From an uncultured bacterium (GTDB lineage Bacteria > Chlamydiota > Chlamydiia > Chlamydiales > SM23-39), in assembly GCA_964441355.1 (NCBI GenBank), contig CAYTXY010000002.1, positions 1 through 33,612 on the forward strand: a stretch of DNA of 33,612 nucleotides, in the 5' to 3' direction. Both the position numbers and the translations under genes were made by a program. Below, piece by piece: positions 17,380 to 25,732 of the stretch (position 1 is the first letter of the stretch; each line of letters begins with the position of its first letter). The notes beneath the pieces are model-generated. The model had not been told where the DNA came from. It was given only the letters and a program-made list of their open reading frames with translations, and did no database searches.

Positions 17380-18966
17380 ATGAAAAAAAAATGGATCCTT
17401 CTTTTTTTGATGATCAGTGCCTTTATCCAAGTAAAGGCTCAATTGAACTGGTCGGCCCCTGTTACCATTTCGGCGTCGACCATGGATAATTCCTCAGACC
17501 CTCATGTGGTCGTGGATACGAGTGGGAACGCGACGGCGGCGTGGGTGGAAAATGGTTTTGTGTTTGCGAGCTCTCAGCCTGTCAATGGTACGTGGGGAAC
17601 TCCAGTCGCTCTATCGGGTTCTGGAGCCTCTGCCCCTAGGATTGGATGTGATTCGAGCGGAAATGTGTCGGCGATCTGGCTTGCCTCTGATGGGAAGGTC
17701 ACATTATCCACTTTGCCTTTTGGTGGAAGTTGGAGCTCCGCTACTGCTGTCTCTTCATCGGGAGCCGCCACTCCTGTGATGGCGGTCAATGCATCGGGAG
17801 CCATGGTTGCCGTCTGGCAAAGGAGCGGGTTTATCGAATCTTCGGGGATGCAATGGGGTGGTTCATTGAGCCTGGTCAGCACGCTCTCCCCTGCTAATTC
17901 GAGCAACCCCGATGTCGCAATCGGCGCTAATGGGACAGTGGTGGCAGTTTGGCAAACGATTTTGGGTACAGGGGCGGCAACTGTCGAGTCAGCGACCCAA
18001 AAAGGGGGTGTCTGGGGCTCGGCCGTCAGAATTATTCCTGTTTCATCGGCATTTAGTCATAATTTCCCGGTTGTCTCCGTAGATGCGATGGGGAATGCCG
18101 ATGTCATTTGGTTCCGATATTTTGTAGACGCGAATGGAAACTATTCCAACGTATTCGTTTTTTCGGCAATTTTGCCTGCATCGAGCACCAGCTGGAGCCT
18201 CCCGATTCAGATTTCAGATACAGGCATTGGAAACCCAGGTGCCCTATTCATCGACATTGCAACCGATAGCTCTGGGAACAAGGTGGCTCTTTGGTCGATT
18301 TCTTACGATGGCGAGTCCTACGTCGTGGAATCGGCTTTAAAAACTCCTGCAGGAATGTGGACCCCGGTAAGCTTCTTGAACAGCATCCCGAATATCTACA
18401 CTTTTAAAGGGAGTCTAAGTAGCGACTCGATAGGAAATTCTACAGCAATTACCATGCTCTTTGACGGCTCCTCTGTAAACATCCAATCCGCAGAAACAAG
18501 CACTACGAACATTACTGGTGAACCCGTTTGGTCATCGGAGACCACGATCTCTAGTGGATCCGATAATGGGTTTCCAGTGGTGGGCTCAAATTTCAATGCA
18601 GGGGGACAAGTTTCCTATGCGACAGCCGTGTGGCTTTCTTCGGACGGGACGAACACAACCGTTCAAGCTGCTTCAGCATCGCAGACGCCGGTGGCGCCTC
18701 CATCCAACCTTGCGGTCGTGCAAAGCGTCGATGATTTTGGCGTCTTTAAAGATTATTTCAACACGATCACCTGGACTGCTAGTCCAAGTGGAGACGTTCA
18801 GTTATACTTGATTTACCGTAACGGCCTCTTGATCAATGAAGTAGCTCCCAATGCGACCCAATTTATCGACCATAATACAGTGCAAAATGGATCTGTCACT
18901 TATGGTGTAGCAGCGCTTGATGTCAACTTTTTCTTAAGTCAAATTATAAATGTAAGCTTTCCTTAA
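17380..18966 (+). CDS. Secreted repeat protein (beta-propeller-like, about 45-50 aa repeats) with a C-terminal FN3-like domain
   Basis: Signal peptide MKKKWILLFLMISAFIQVKAQ. Recurrent units of the form W..P..[IL]S...(8-10)..P.V..D..GNA.A.W. The C-terminus PPSNLAVVQS...ITWTASP...YLIYRNG...TYGVAALD is FN3-like. ATG at 17380; the tracked ORF begins at GTG 17374. Confidence 0.8.
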   Translation: MKKKWILLFLMISAFIQVKAQLNWSAPVTISASTMDNSSDPHVVVDTSGNATAAWVENGFVFASSQPVNGTWGTPVALSGSGASAPRIGCDSSGNVSAIWLASDGKVTLSTLPFGGSWSSATAVSSSGAATPVMAVNASGAMVAVWQRSGFIESSGMQWGGSLSLVSTLSPANSSNPDVAIGANGTVVAVWQTILGTGAATVESATQKGGVWGSAVRIIPVSSAFSHNFPVVSVDAMGNADVIWFRYFVDANGNYSNVFVFSAILPASSTSWSLPIQISDTGIGNPGALFIDIATDSSGNKVALWSISYDGESYVVESALKTPAGMWTPVSFLNSIPNIYTFKGSLSSDSIGNSTAITMLFDGSSVNIQSAETSTTNITGEPVWSSETTISSGSDNGFPVVGSNFNAGGQVSYATAVWLSSDGTNTTVQAASASQTPVAPPSNLAVVQSVDDFGVFKDYFNTITWTASPSGDVQLYLIYRNGLLINEVAPNATQFIDHNTVQNGSVTYGVAALDVNFFLSQIINVSFP

Positions 18967-18975
18967 CAATATTAA

Positions 18976-20565
18976 ATGGGTAATTTTATGAAAAATTTAT
19001 TAATTTTTTTTATTTCGATGATGAGTCTTTCTCAGTTGACCTGTGGCAATCTCCATTGGACATTTCCCCCTCAGGCTCTTTCCACTCCAGGAATCAATGC
19101 AAGCGATCCTAAAGTTGCAATGGATCCGAATGGGAATGCCGTTGCAGTTTGGATTGAAAGCGGGGTTCTGAAATCCAAATTCAAATTAGCTGGTTTTGAT
19201 TGGGGCGCTGTTGCGACCCTTTCAGCAGCGGGTGCTTCATCTCCTGTGGTGGCTTTAGATTCTCAGGGGAAAGCGACTGCTGTGTGGATACAGGGCTCTT
19301 TAATCCAAGCGGCAACAAAAAATTACTTCGCAGCTTGGAGCGCTCCTGTCTCCTTATCCAATACGAATGCAACCAACCCCAGTTTGGCGGTAAATGGAGC
19401 AGGCTATGCGGTCGCCGCATGGGCAAGAAATGGAAACATTGAAGTTTCCGTCAAGCCGATTGGGGGCAACTGGCAAGCCCACAGTCTGATTATGAATCCC
19501 GGGGGCAATGCAGTATATCCTAAAGTGGCAATCGGAGGCGCCGGTTCCAACGCCATCGCATATCTCGCCTGGCATAGTACTGCAAATCCAGTCGATATAG
19601 TATACACTTCTTCAAAACTTCTATCTTCTGGATCCTGGAGTAATGCCACAGCAATTTCGGCCAATTCAAGCCAAGCAGGCTATGCCCATATTGCAGTCGA
19701 TGGAAATGGCAATGCAACAGCCGTTTGGTTTAGTTTCAATCAGACGGGCTCGGTCTATTCTTCCGTAATCGTGCAGGCGGCTACCAAGCCTGTGGGCGGC
19801 CAATGGAGCGCTCCCGTTTCTCTTTCAGATCCAGGGATGCGCGACCCGAGCACACTCTTGGCTCGAGTGGCTTACGATGCCACAGGGAATGCCATTGCCC
19901 TCTGGAGCAATTCATTCGATAATATGACTTTCAACATTCAATCTTCCATACACCCTGTTTATGGAAATTGGATGGAGCCTACAGATCTCATCGCTGATAA
20001 TTTGTACTCTTTTCAAGCAGGCCGCTCGGTCTGTTCGTTCGGAGATGCGTTGGCTCTCTATCTATTTTACAACGGAGTTGCTTTGCAGATCCAATCATCG
20101 GAGTTGGATATCACAGGCTTTATGAATAGCGTTTGGTCGGTTCCACTGACTATTTCCACAGGATTGCAAAATGGTTCCCCATCCGTAGCGGCAACCCTGA
20201 TGGGAAATGCCGTCAATTCAACTGCTGCTTGGGTCAACTCTAATGGAGGGACGAATTCCGTTGTAGCTTCTACCGGAACCAAGGCTCTTGTCTTGCCCCC
20301 TTCCAATCTTGCAGTGACGCAATCTTCAAACAACTTTGGCGTGTTTACTGAATATTTTAACACCCTAAATTGGCAGGCGAGCACCGATCCGAATGCTGTA
20401 GGATATCTCGTGTATCGCAATGGGGTATTCCTCGCTCAAGTCCCTGCGAATGTTTTGCAATTCATAGATAACAATCAGGTGCAAAATGGAAGTGTCACCT
20501 ATGGAGTGGCATCTCTGGACAGCCTGCAGTCGCATAGCCCCATTATCACCATTAGCTTCCCTTGA
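18976..20565 (+). CDS. Secreted repeat protein with C-terminal FN3-like domain, tandem paralog of 17380-18966
   Basis: Same architecture and length (529 vs 528 aa) and the same C-terminal PPSNLAVTQS...YLVYRNG...TYGVASLD. The alternative ATG at 18988 gives MKNLLIFFISMMSLSQLTCG. Confidence 0.8.
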   Translation: MGNFMKNLLIFFISMMSLSQLTCGNLHWTFPPQALSTPGINASDPKVAMDPNGNAVAVWIESGVLKSKFKLAGFDWGAVATLSAAGASSPVVALDSQGKATAVWIQGSLIQAATKNYFAAWSAPVSLSNTNATNPSLAVNGAGYAVAAWARNGNIEVSVKPIGGNWQAHSLIMNPGGNAVYPKVAIGGAGSNAIAYLAWHSTANPVDIVYTSSKLLSSGSWSNATAISANSSQAGYAHIAVDGNGNATAVWFSFNQTGSVYSSVIVQAATKPVGGQWSAPVSLSDPGMRDPSTLLARVAYDATGNAIALWSNSFDNMTFNIQSSIHPVYGNWMEPTDLIADNLYSFQAGRSVCSFGDALALYLFYNGVALQIQSSELDITGFMNSVWSVPLTISTGLQNGSPSVAATLMGNAVNSTAAWVNSNGGTNSVVASTGTKALVLPPSNLAVTQSSNNFGVFTEYFNTLNWQASTDPNAVGYLVYRNGVFLAQVPANVLQFIDNNQVQNGSVTYGVASLDSLQSHSPIITISFP

Positions 20566-20578
20566 ATTTTCTCTAGCG

Positions 20579-20601
20579 CCCCGGTCGAAAGACCGGGGTT
20601 T
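20579..20601. terminator. Bidirectional intrinsic terminator hairpin between convergent genes
   Basis: CCCCGGTC GAAA GACCGGGG is an 8-bp GC-rich stem (20579-20586 / 20591-20598) with a GAAA loop, followed by TTT. It lies 13 nt after the plus-strand stop and abuts the hemH stop. Confidence 0.6.
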
Positions 20602-21575
20602 CATCCCTTCCTGATCAGCGTTTGATTTGAAAAGAGAACCGATTGTTTGGCAATTGTTTGTAGACCCGAGATCCATTCAGGATCGAGGTTGAGGGCTGGA
20701 CAGCGATGGGCATTGAGTCCGCTCGCGCGGATCAAGGGCAAATAGAGCTCTTCGATCTCGAAAAGGGTTTCGATGTGGTCGGAGGTAAAACTAATGGGGA
20801 CAAAAACGATTTGTTTCCTCTCCTTAGCCCATGATAAAGCGATTTTGCATTCTTCTTCTGTGTAGGGGCGGAGCCATTCCCCCCGTCCGAATTTCGATTG
20901 ATAGGCAAGACGACCCGGGATATTCGGGAAACCTTCCATCACTCCCCTGAACGAACGCGCGCACTCCTCTTGGTAAGGATCCCCTTCGTCGATAAACGCT
21001 CGAGGCACTCCGTGCGCAGAAAAAAAGAGGAAGGTGTCTTTGTCATCCAACTTCCGATCCGCCAGGAACCCGGAGATCCGTTTTTGCCACGCCTGGATGA
21101 AAGAAGGATGTTCCGCATAAGATTTGACCCAACGGAGTTTTTGGACAACCTCTCTAGGTAGATTCTCAGAGAAAAACCTTGCGACGCTTCCTGTGGTCCC
21201 ATAGCAAAATTGGGGAAATAGCGGCAGAGCGCGGATTTCGCTAAGCTCGCATTTTTCGATTTGGGAGAGCGATCTCCTATGCGTTGCGGGCAGGTAGCGG
21301 TGGAAAGTGAAAACAGGGACTCCGCATCTTTCTTGTAGGGCGGCTCTCAGGGCTTCCGTATCCTCATAGATCGGCGAAAATCCGATCCGTTCATAGTCAA
21401 CGCGTATTTTGAGGGCGCGCTTTTTCGCGATCCGCCTGAACATCCATTTGTGCAGCCAGTCTGGGAATTTGGTGCGGATCACGTCGCGGTCGCAAAGGAG
21501 TTCTTTGAGAAACGGCTCGAGTTCCAAAGCTTCGCGAGGGCCGCCGAAATTGACGAGAAGATAGGCCAGTGGCAT
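20601..21575 (-). CDS. hemH: Ferrochelatase
   Basis: N-terminus MPLAYLLVNFGGPR, plus the FFSAHGVP motif and ISFTSDHIETLFE, which are typical of HemH. 324 aa. Confidence 0.9.
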   Translation of the reverse strand: MPLAYLLVNFGGPREALELEPFLKELLCDRDVIRTKFPDWLHKWMFRRIAKKRALKIRVDYERIGFSPIYEDTEALRAALQERCGVPVFTFHRYLPATHRRSLSQIEKCELSEIRALPLFPQFCYGTTGSVARFFSENLPREVVQKLRWVKSYAEHPSFIQAWQKRISGFLADRKLDDKDTFLFFSAHGVPRAFIDEGDPYQEECARSFRGVMEGFPNIPGRLAYQSKFGRGEWLRPYTEEECKIALSWAKERKQIVFVPISFTSDHIETLFEIEELYLPLIRASGLNAHRCPALNLDPEWISGLQTIAKQSVLFSNQTLIRKG

Positions 21576-21662
21576 GGAAAAATTCTATACTACTCCCGCT
21601 CAAAAAGTGTGAATCTGCCTGCGTCGGACAGCCACTGAATTTGTGTCCCGTCTACTTTCCTA

Positions 21663-21703
21663 GCAAACGAGCGAACCCCCGCTCTTTTGCAAGTGTCCGC
21701 AGC
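21663..21703. repeat. Hairpin repeat copy 1 (11-bp stem, AACCCC loop, conserved tail AAGTGTCCGCAGC)
   Basis: GCAAACGAGCG (21663-21673), AACCCC, CGCTCTTTTGC (21680-21690), then AAGTGTCCGCAGC (21691-21703). One C/T mismatch in the stem. Confidence 0.6.
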
Positions 21704-21772
21704 ACTAAACTTTTCAAGTTTAGCTGCTTCGACGCCGGATTTGCCTGGCTCAAATTTAGGTCTGCTTCCCTT

Positions 21773-21813
21773 GAAAAAGCTCGAACCCCCGAGCTTTTTC
21801 AAGTGTCCGCAGC
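21773..21813. repeat. Hairpin repeat copy 2 (11-bp stem, AACCCC loop, conserved tail AAGTGTCCGCAGC)
   Basis: GAAAAAGCTCG (21773-21783), AACCCC, CGAGCTTTTTC (21790-21800), then an identical 13-nt tail (21801-21813). The inner stem differs from copy 1 by paired compensatory changes. Confidence 0.6.
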
Positions 21814-21823
21814 CTTGGCATTT

Positions 21824-21853
21824 TTCACTCTTTTTGAACGGTCGTAGTATAAT
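21824..21853 (+). promoter_or_regulatory. Possible sigma-70/66-type promoter for the downstream binding-protein gene
   Basis: TTCACT (21824-21829), an 18-nt spacer, then a perfect TATAAT (21848-21853), 39 nt upstream of ATG 21892. Pattern match only. Confidence 0.3.
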
Positions 21854-21891
21854 CTTTGCAAACTAAAAAACAATCTTTTAGAATCCTCCCA

Positions 21892-22647
21892 ATGTCACGT
21901 TCCTTTTTTTTTATCGCGATCTGCATCTCAGCAATGTTCTTGCATAGCTGCGGCTGCGATCGGGGAGGGCGCGGACCCATAAAAATCGGGGTCGATCCCA
22001 ATTGGTATCCTCTAGTTTTCGGCGCGCAAAACTCTTACGTCAACGGGTTTACCGAAGAGATCCTCCTTGACATCGCAAAGCAGAGCGGACTGGAGTTCGA
22101 GCGCATTGCAGCGAATTGGGACGCTCTTTTCGAGGGGATGAAACAGGGCCGCTATCAAGCCGTCCTTTCATCGCTTCCTCCTTATGAATTCAATTTGGCC
22201 CTCTACGATTTTTCCCAAAACTTTTTAGATATCGGTCCCGTGCTTATCGTGCCGGAGGGAGGGCATAAGAGCGATTTGAGTAAAATGAGCGGGGAACACA
22301 TCGGGGTCATCGCAGGGGATCCTGCGGTCCTTATCTTGCAGAAATATGAAGGGCTGATCGTCCGCAATTACCCATCGGTTGCCAATTTGCTCGACGCGGT
22401 GGCTAATGGGGAAATCGAAGGAGCTCTCCTCAACCGCGTTCTTGCGGGCAGTTATGTCAGCGATCTTTACTCAGGGAGATTGAAGATCGCCGGCCTCCCC
22501 TTGAGCGATGCGGGACTTCATCTCATCGTTCTGAAGGGCAAGCAGCCCTACCTCGTTGCCCAATTCAATAAAAGCCAAGCGCTTCTCAAGAAAAAGAAGA
22601 GGCTACAAGCCCTCCTTCGGAAATGGCAGCTCGGCGAAACGTCCTAG
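21892..22647 (+). CDS. Amino-acid ABC transporter substrate-binding lipoprotein (SBP family 3-like)
   Basis: MSRSFFFIAICISAMFLHSCG ends in a lipobox-like LHSC. IKIGVDPNWYPLVF...GFTEEILLDIAKQSGLEFE...NWDALFEGMKQGRYQAVLSS is typical of polar amino-acid binding proteins. The tracked ORF starts at TTG 21856. Confidence 0.8.
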   Translation: MSRSFFFIAICISAMFLHSCGCDRGGRGPIKIGVDPNWYPLVFGAQNSYVNGFTEEILLDIAKQSGLEFERIAANWDALFEGMKQGRYQAVLSSLPPYEFNLALYDFSQNFLDIGPVLIVPEGGHKSDLSKMSGEHIGVIAGDPAVLILQKYEGLIVRNYPSVANLLDAVANGEIEGALLNRVLAGSYVSDLYSGRLKIAGLPLSDAGLHLIVLKGKQPYLVAQFNKSQALLKKKKRLQALLRKWQLGETS

Positions 22648-22714
22648 AAGGCAGCCAAGCTCCCAACTGGTCGCAAAGTCTCGTCAATGAGGCTCGCGCA
22701 GACAATCATGTCGA

Positions 22715-25174
22715 CTAAATAGTCACTAGTCTTTTGATTCTCGAAAGAGATTTGGGGTCAAAAGTGCCTAGCACTCCCATTCCTGGATTGTTCATTAATT
22801 GATTCAGTTCTGATTGAAATGTTTTGGGGCTTTCTGTTTTGAAAATTAACTGTTTATTTTTGCTTTCCATGAGTTCAAGAAAGAGCGGCAATTCTTGATT
22901 TTCAAAACTAAAACCAGGTTTGTCATCCCATTTAAGGATAATGCAGTCTGCTTCCGTTGCTTGTTTTTTGACATTCTTTCGATATTGCCACTGTTCTGAA
23001 AACTGGTTTTGCTGTGCAAACATGTCCAGTGAGGAATTGAACTCTTCTAGAGAAAATTCATATATTTTCATACCGGGTCGCACCAGAGTATCGTGATTGT
23101 CATTCAAGCCCATGATGATGCCCATTGAAGCATTCGGAGTTCTGAAATCGATCGTAGATTGTAGGTTAAGTTCCTTATATTTCTTGAGAAAGCGGCTCCC
23201 CATTCGATCGCTCAACTTATCAAAAGCAATAGCATCTTTTAATCGCTCTGCAAAATGAGGTGCGTTAGATGTAAGGATTGTTTTTATGTGTCTTCCCTTT
23301 GCGTTTTTAATATTTTCTTTGTTGAGGAGTTCTGAGATGATATTTTCAATTGGTGAGTTATAGATTCCAAAATCATTCAAATCTTCGATGACAAGAAATT
23401 CGTAGTCTGAGAGAGGAAGGGTCTGCAACGCATTCCTTTCTATCGTATCGCTCGATAACCATAAGGTGTTTTCGTTTTTTAATGCTTTCCGAATCGCTGT
23501 CGTTTTTCCAGTTCCAGGCGATCCTGCAATGAAAAGCCCGCATTCATCTTGCTCTGCTTTCAGCGCTTGAATCCAGCCAATAATTTCTTTTTGTTCAGGG
23601 GTCCAGGCCCAGGAGGCATCCGTTGACAAGTCGATGGGTAGAGGTTGAATAATTTTGTGCCAAGCGTGCTCTTTTCGGTAATCTTTTCCCCGCACCTCTA
23701 GTATGCGAAGGCGTCCGCTACAGTCCCAAGAATCTCTTTCTGTTTTTACTGTCTCAAAGGGAGGTGTATTTGCATTGACTAAGATTTTCTTTTTGGTTCT
23801 TTCAGCATAAGTAAACATTGCCCTGGTTACATCAGTCAGCGCGGAGAGATGCTCATTCGTATCATCCACAAAAAAGAGGTCGGCATTTTTCCATTGGTTT
23901 TCGAAAATCGAGATGATGTCGTCAATCATCATCTCTTTCTTATCTGAATTCAAATACTTCTTTAAGATCTCGATGTAGCGAGCCTCTGAGAGAAGTTGAT
24001 TATGGAAATCAGCTGTAACAATTCGTTTCCCTTGATTTTTAAGTTTGGCGACTATGTCATATGAACAATGTGTTTTGCCAGTGCCGGGATCTCCATATAC
24101 GATTAATCCTTGATATTCATCTTTTGAACAATCTGTATAGAATTGATGCATGACATTAACAAGTTGTATCTGAAATGGATTTTTTTGTTCAAAATTTTTG
24201 ATAAAATCAGGATGTTGAATTTCGATTGAATTCGATGGTGGATCGATCAGATCAACATGAGGATGAATGATCATCACACTGCTCGATCCGAACTTCTGGA
24301 ATGCAGAGGTAAGCTCGTTGTTTTGTTGGATAGCGGGCAATTGACTCATCGCTTGAAATGTTTGGGATAAATCTCTCGATCTAGAAGCATATAAAAAGTG
24401 AGCGCAATTATCCTCAATCCAGCGACGCATCTTGTCAGGCATCAATCCCATTAAACCGGTCACGGGGACAGTATTAATAGGCAAAAGCCTATATTTGGCT
24501 TGAAGAACCTTGTCATTGGCTAGGTGCATCAGATGTCCAGCTCCACCAAAGAAAATAGAATGAGAATTAGAATTCAGACTGGCTATTTCGTTGTTGATGG
24601 CGGAGTTCCGAATTTCGCTTGCCACTTGAATTCTCGTCTCTTTACTACCAAACGGATCTACGCAATAAATATTGACGCCCATTTTTAAGAGAATCGGCAA
24701 TAAAATCTGGTAATTTAAAAATTTTTCTTTCAAATTGAATGGTTTAGTTATTATTTTATCAAGATGAGATCGGTCGACTGTTTCTGTCAGAATATCGTGA
24801 ATCCCTAAACTATGTGATGCAAGGCCTACCATAAGTTCACTAATTAAACTGTCATGCTCCTCATGATTTTCTCCAACCCCGATCAGGAGCTTTTTTCCTT
24901 CCGCTTCGGCAAGTTTCAATTCCTTTTGGATTAATGAATGGGCTCTATCGTAGAGTGAAGTAAGTTCAGAGAGTAGAGGATTGCTTTTCCCACTTAAAGA
25001 GTCAGAGTCTATTTGAATATTTTTTACGCGTTCGGGAGAGCAGAGTGAAGGCGCGTCGAAAATTCGAGACACAGCTTCTTGTATTTGCTTTAGGTTGGGA
25101 ACGACCAAAGCTGTGATTGCTGCAGCTACTGCGATCCCAGTGCGCACTGGGAGGGGACAAATGGGATATCTCAA
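22715..25174 (-). CDS. Large multidomain protein: N-terminal hydrophobic segment, ChaN/Tiki/EreA-like domain and two P-loop NTPase modules
   Basis: GENHEEHDS and FFGGAGHLMH match the paired GxxH motifs of the ChaN/Tiki superfamily. Walker A GDPGTGKTH pairs with Walker B LFFVDD. A second Walker A GSPGTGKTT pairs with FLVIEDLND. TTG start at 25172-25174. The gene is visibly more AT-rich than its neighbours. Confidence 0.7.
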   Translation of the reverse strand: MRYPICPLPVRTGIAVAAAITALVVPNLKQIQEAVSRIFDAPSLCSPERVKNIQIDSDSLSGKSNPLLSELTSLYDRAHSLIQKELKLAEAEGKKLLIGVGENHEEHDSLISELMVGLASHSLGIHDILTETVDRSHLDKIITKPFNLKEKFLNYQILLPILLKMGVNIYCVDPFGSKETRIQVASEIRNSAINNEIASLNSNSHSIFFGGAGHLMHLANDKVLQAKYRLLPINTVPVTGLMGLMPDKMRRWIEDNCAHFLYASRSRDLSQTFQAMSQLPAIQQNNELTSAFQKFGSSSVMIIHPHVDLIDPPSNSIEIQHPDFIKNFEQKNPFQIQLVNVMHQFYTDCSKDEYQGLIVYGDPGTGKTHCSYDIVAKLKNQGKRIVTADFHNQLLSEARYIEILKKYLNSDKKEMMIDDIISIFENQWKNADLFFVDDTNEHLSALTDVTRAMFTYAERTKKKILVNANTPPFETVKTERDSWDCSGRLRILEVRGKDYRKEHAWHKIIQPLPIDLSTDASWAWTPEQKEIIGWIQALKAEQDECGLFIAGSPGTGKTTAIRKALKNENTLWLSSDTIERNALQTLPLSDYEFLVIEDLNDFGIYNSPIENIISELLNKENIKNAKGRHIKTILTSNAPHFAERLKDAIAFDKLSDRMGSRFLKKYKELNLQSTIDFRTPNASMGIIMGLNDNHDTLVRPGMKIYEFSLEEFNSSLDMFAQQNQFSEQWQYRKNVKKQATEADCIILKWDDKPGFSFENQELPLFLELMESKNKQLIFKTESPKTFQSELNQLMNNPGMGVLGTFDPKSLSRIKRLVTI

Positions 25175-25324
25175 TTGGTTTATTGCTAGCAGGGTAATTC
25201 TCCGGTAAAAAATCTGTCTAATTTTACTTTATTTATTAAATAATTTCAAGTTTTATACTTATTTAGATATCGTCAGTGTGTTAGTGAATTATTTATTTTT
25301 TTGGGATACGTTCATCGTGAACCT

Positions 25325-25640
25325 ACAGGTACGGTACGGCCGCCGCGGAGCAGGCGGCTTATCTGCGCACGGTAGGGACCCGCGAAGCGGGAGCGCGAGT
25401 GCAGCCGATGGCGGGTTCGGGCAAAGAGCAATCGTGCTGCAAAAGCGAGGAGGCGCACTCTGTGCGACGCACGAGCAAGGCACGATAGAGAGCGCTTCTG
25501 ACGCCACGCAGTAGGCGGCCTTAAGAAATCGCGCGACTGGTGCTCGCAGCCCCAATCCCGCCGCCTGGGCGTGCGGGGGCGGCGCGGAAAGGGGGCCCAA
25601 AAATGTTTCATTTTGGGGAAAGTCCGCAGAGCAGCCCGAC
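25325..25640 (+). ncRNA. GC-rich structured-RNA candidate with RNase P RNA-like motifs in non-canonical order
   Basis: About 68% G+C (41 of 60 in each of two lines counted), against AT-rich flanks. It contains only short arginine-rich ORFs on both strands. GGAAAGTCCG (25617-25626) is CR-I-like and is preceded by a hairpin at 25595-25616. GCGGCTTATC (25354-25363) is CR-V-like. The two can pair as AAG-U-CCGC / GCGG-CUU with a bulged U. GAGCAAGGC (25473-25481) and GTAGGCGGCCTTAAG (25511-25525) also recall M1 RNA. The order is CR-V-like before CR-I-like, so this is not a canonical rnpB. Confidence 0.4.
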
Positions 25641-25732
25641 CGTCTTTGGTCTTTACTATTTTAATACGTTAGCCCTGATTTGCCTTGAATTTTGGGCCTT
25701 AGTGTGATAAAACTTGGGCTAGGAGGCCTCCC

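Noticed and set aside
21773-21800. A possible tRNA T-arm (GGGGGTTCGAGC on the minus strand) in the hairpin repeats
   Set aside because: The loop is 6 nt (GGGGTT) rather than a 7-nt T-loop, the stem is 11 bp, and no acceptor, D or anticodon arms can be drawn around it.
25278-25611. Three overlapping ORFs (78-103 aa) on both strands inside the GC-rich island
   Set aside because: Their products are arginine-, alanine- and proline-rich and low in complexity, the ORFs overlap one another and none has an RBS. This is typical of open frames arising in GC-rich non-coding sequence, so the region is treated as an RNA candidate instead.
25325-25640. Calling the GC-rich island a canonical RNase P RNA gene (rnpB)
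   Set aside because: The CR-V-like strand lies 5' of the CR-I-like strand, and I could not find the S-domain motifs (AGGGUGAAA, GGUAAGAGC-type P13). The order does not fit a simple circular permutation either. It is reported only as an RNase P-like candidate pending a covariance-model search.
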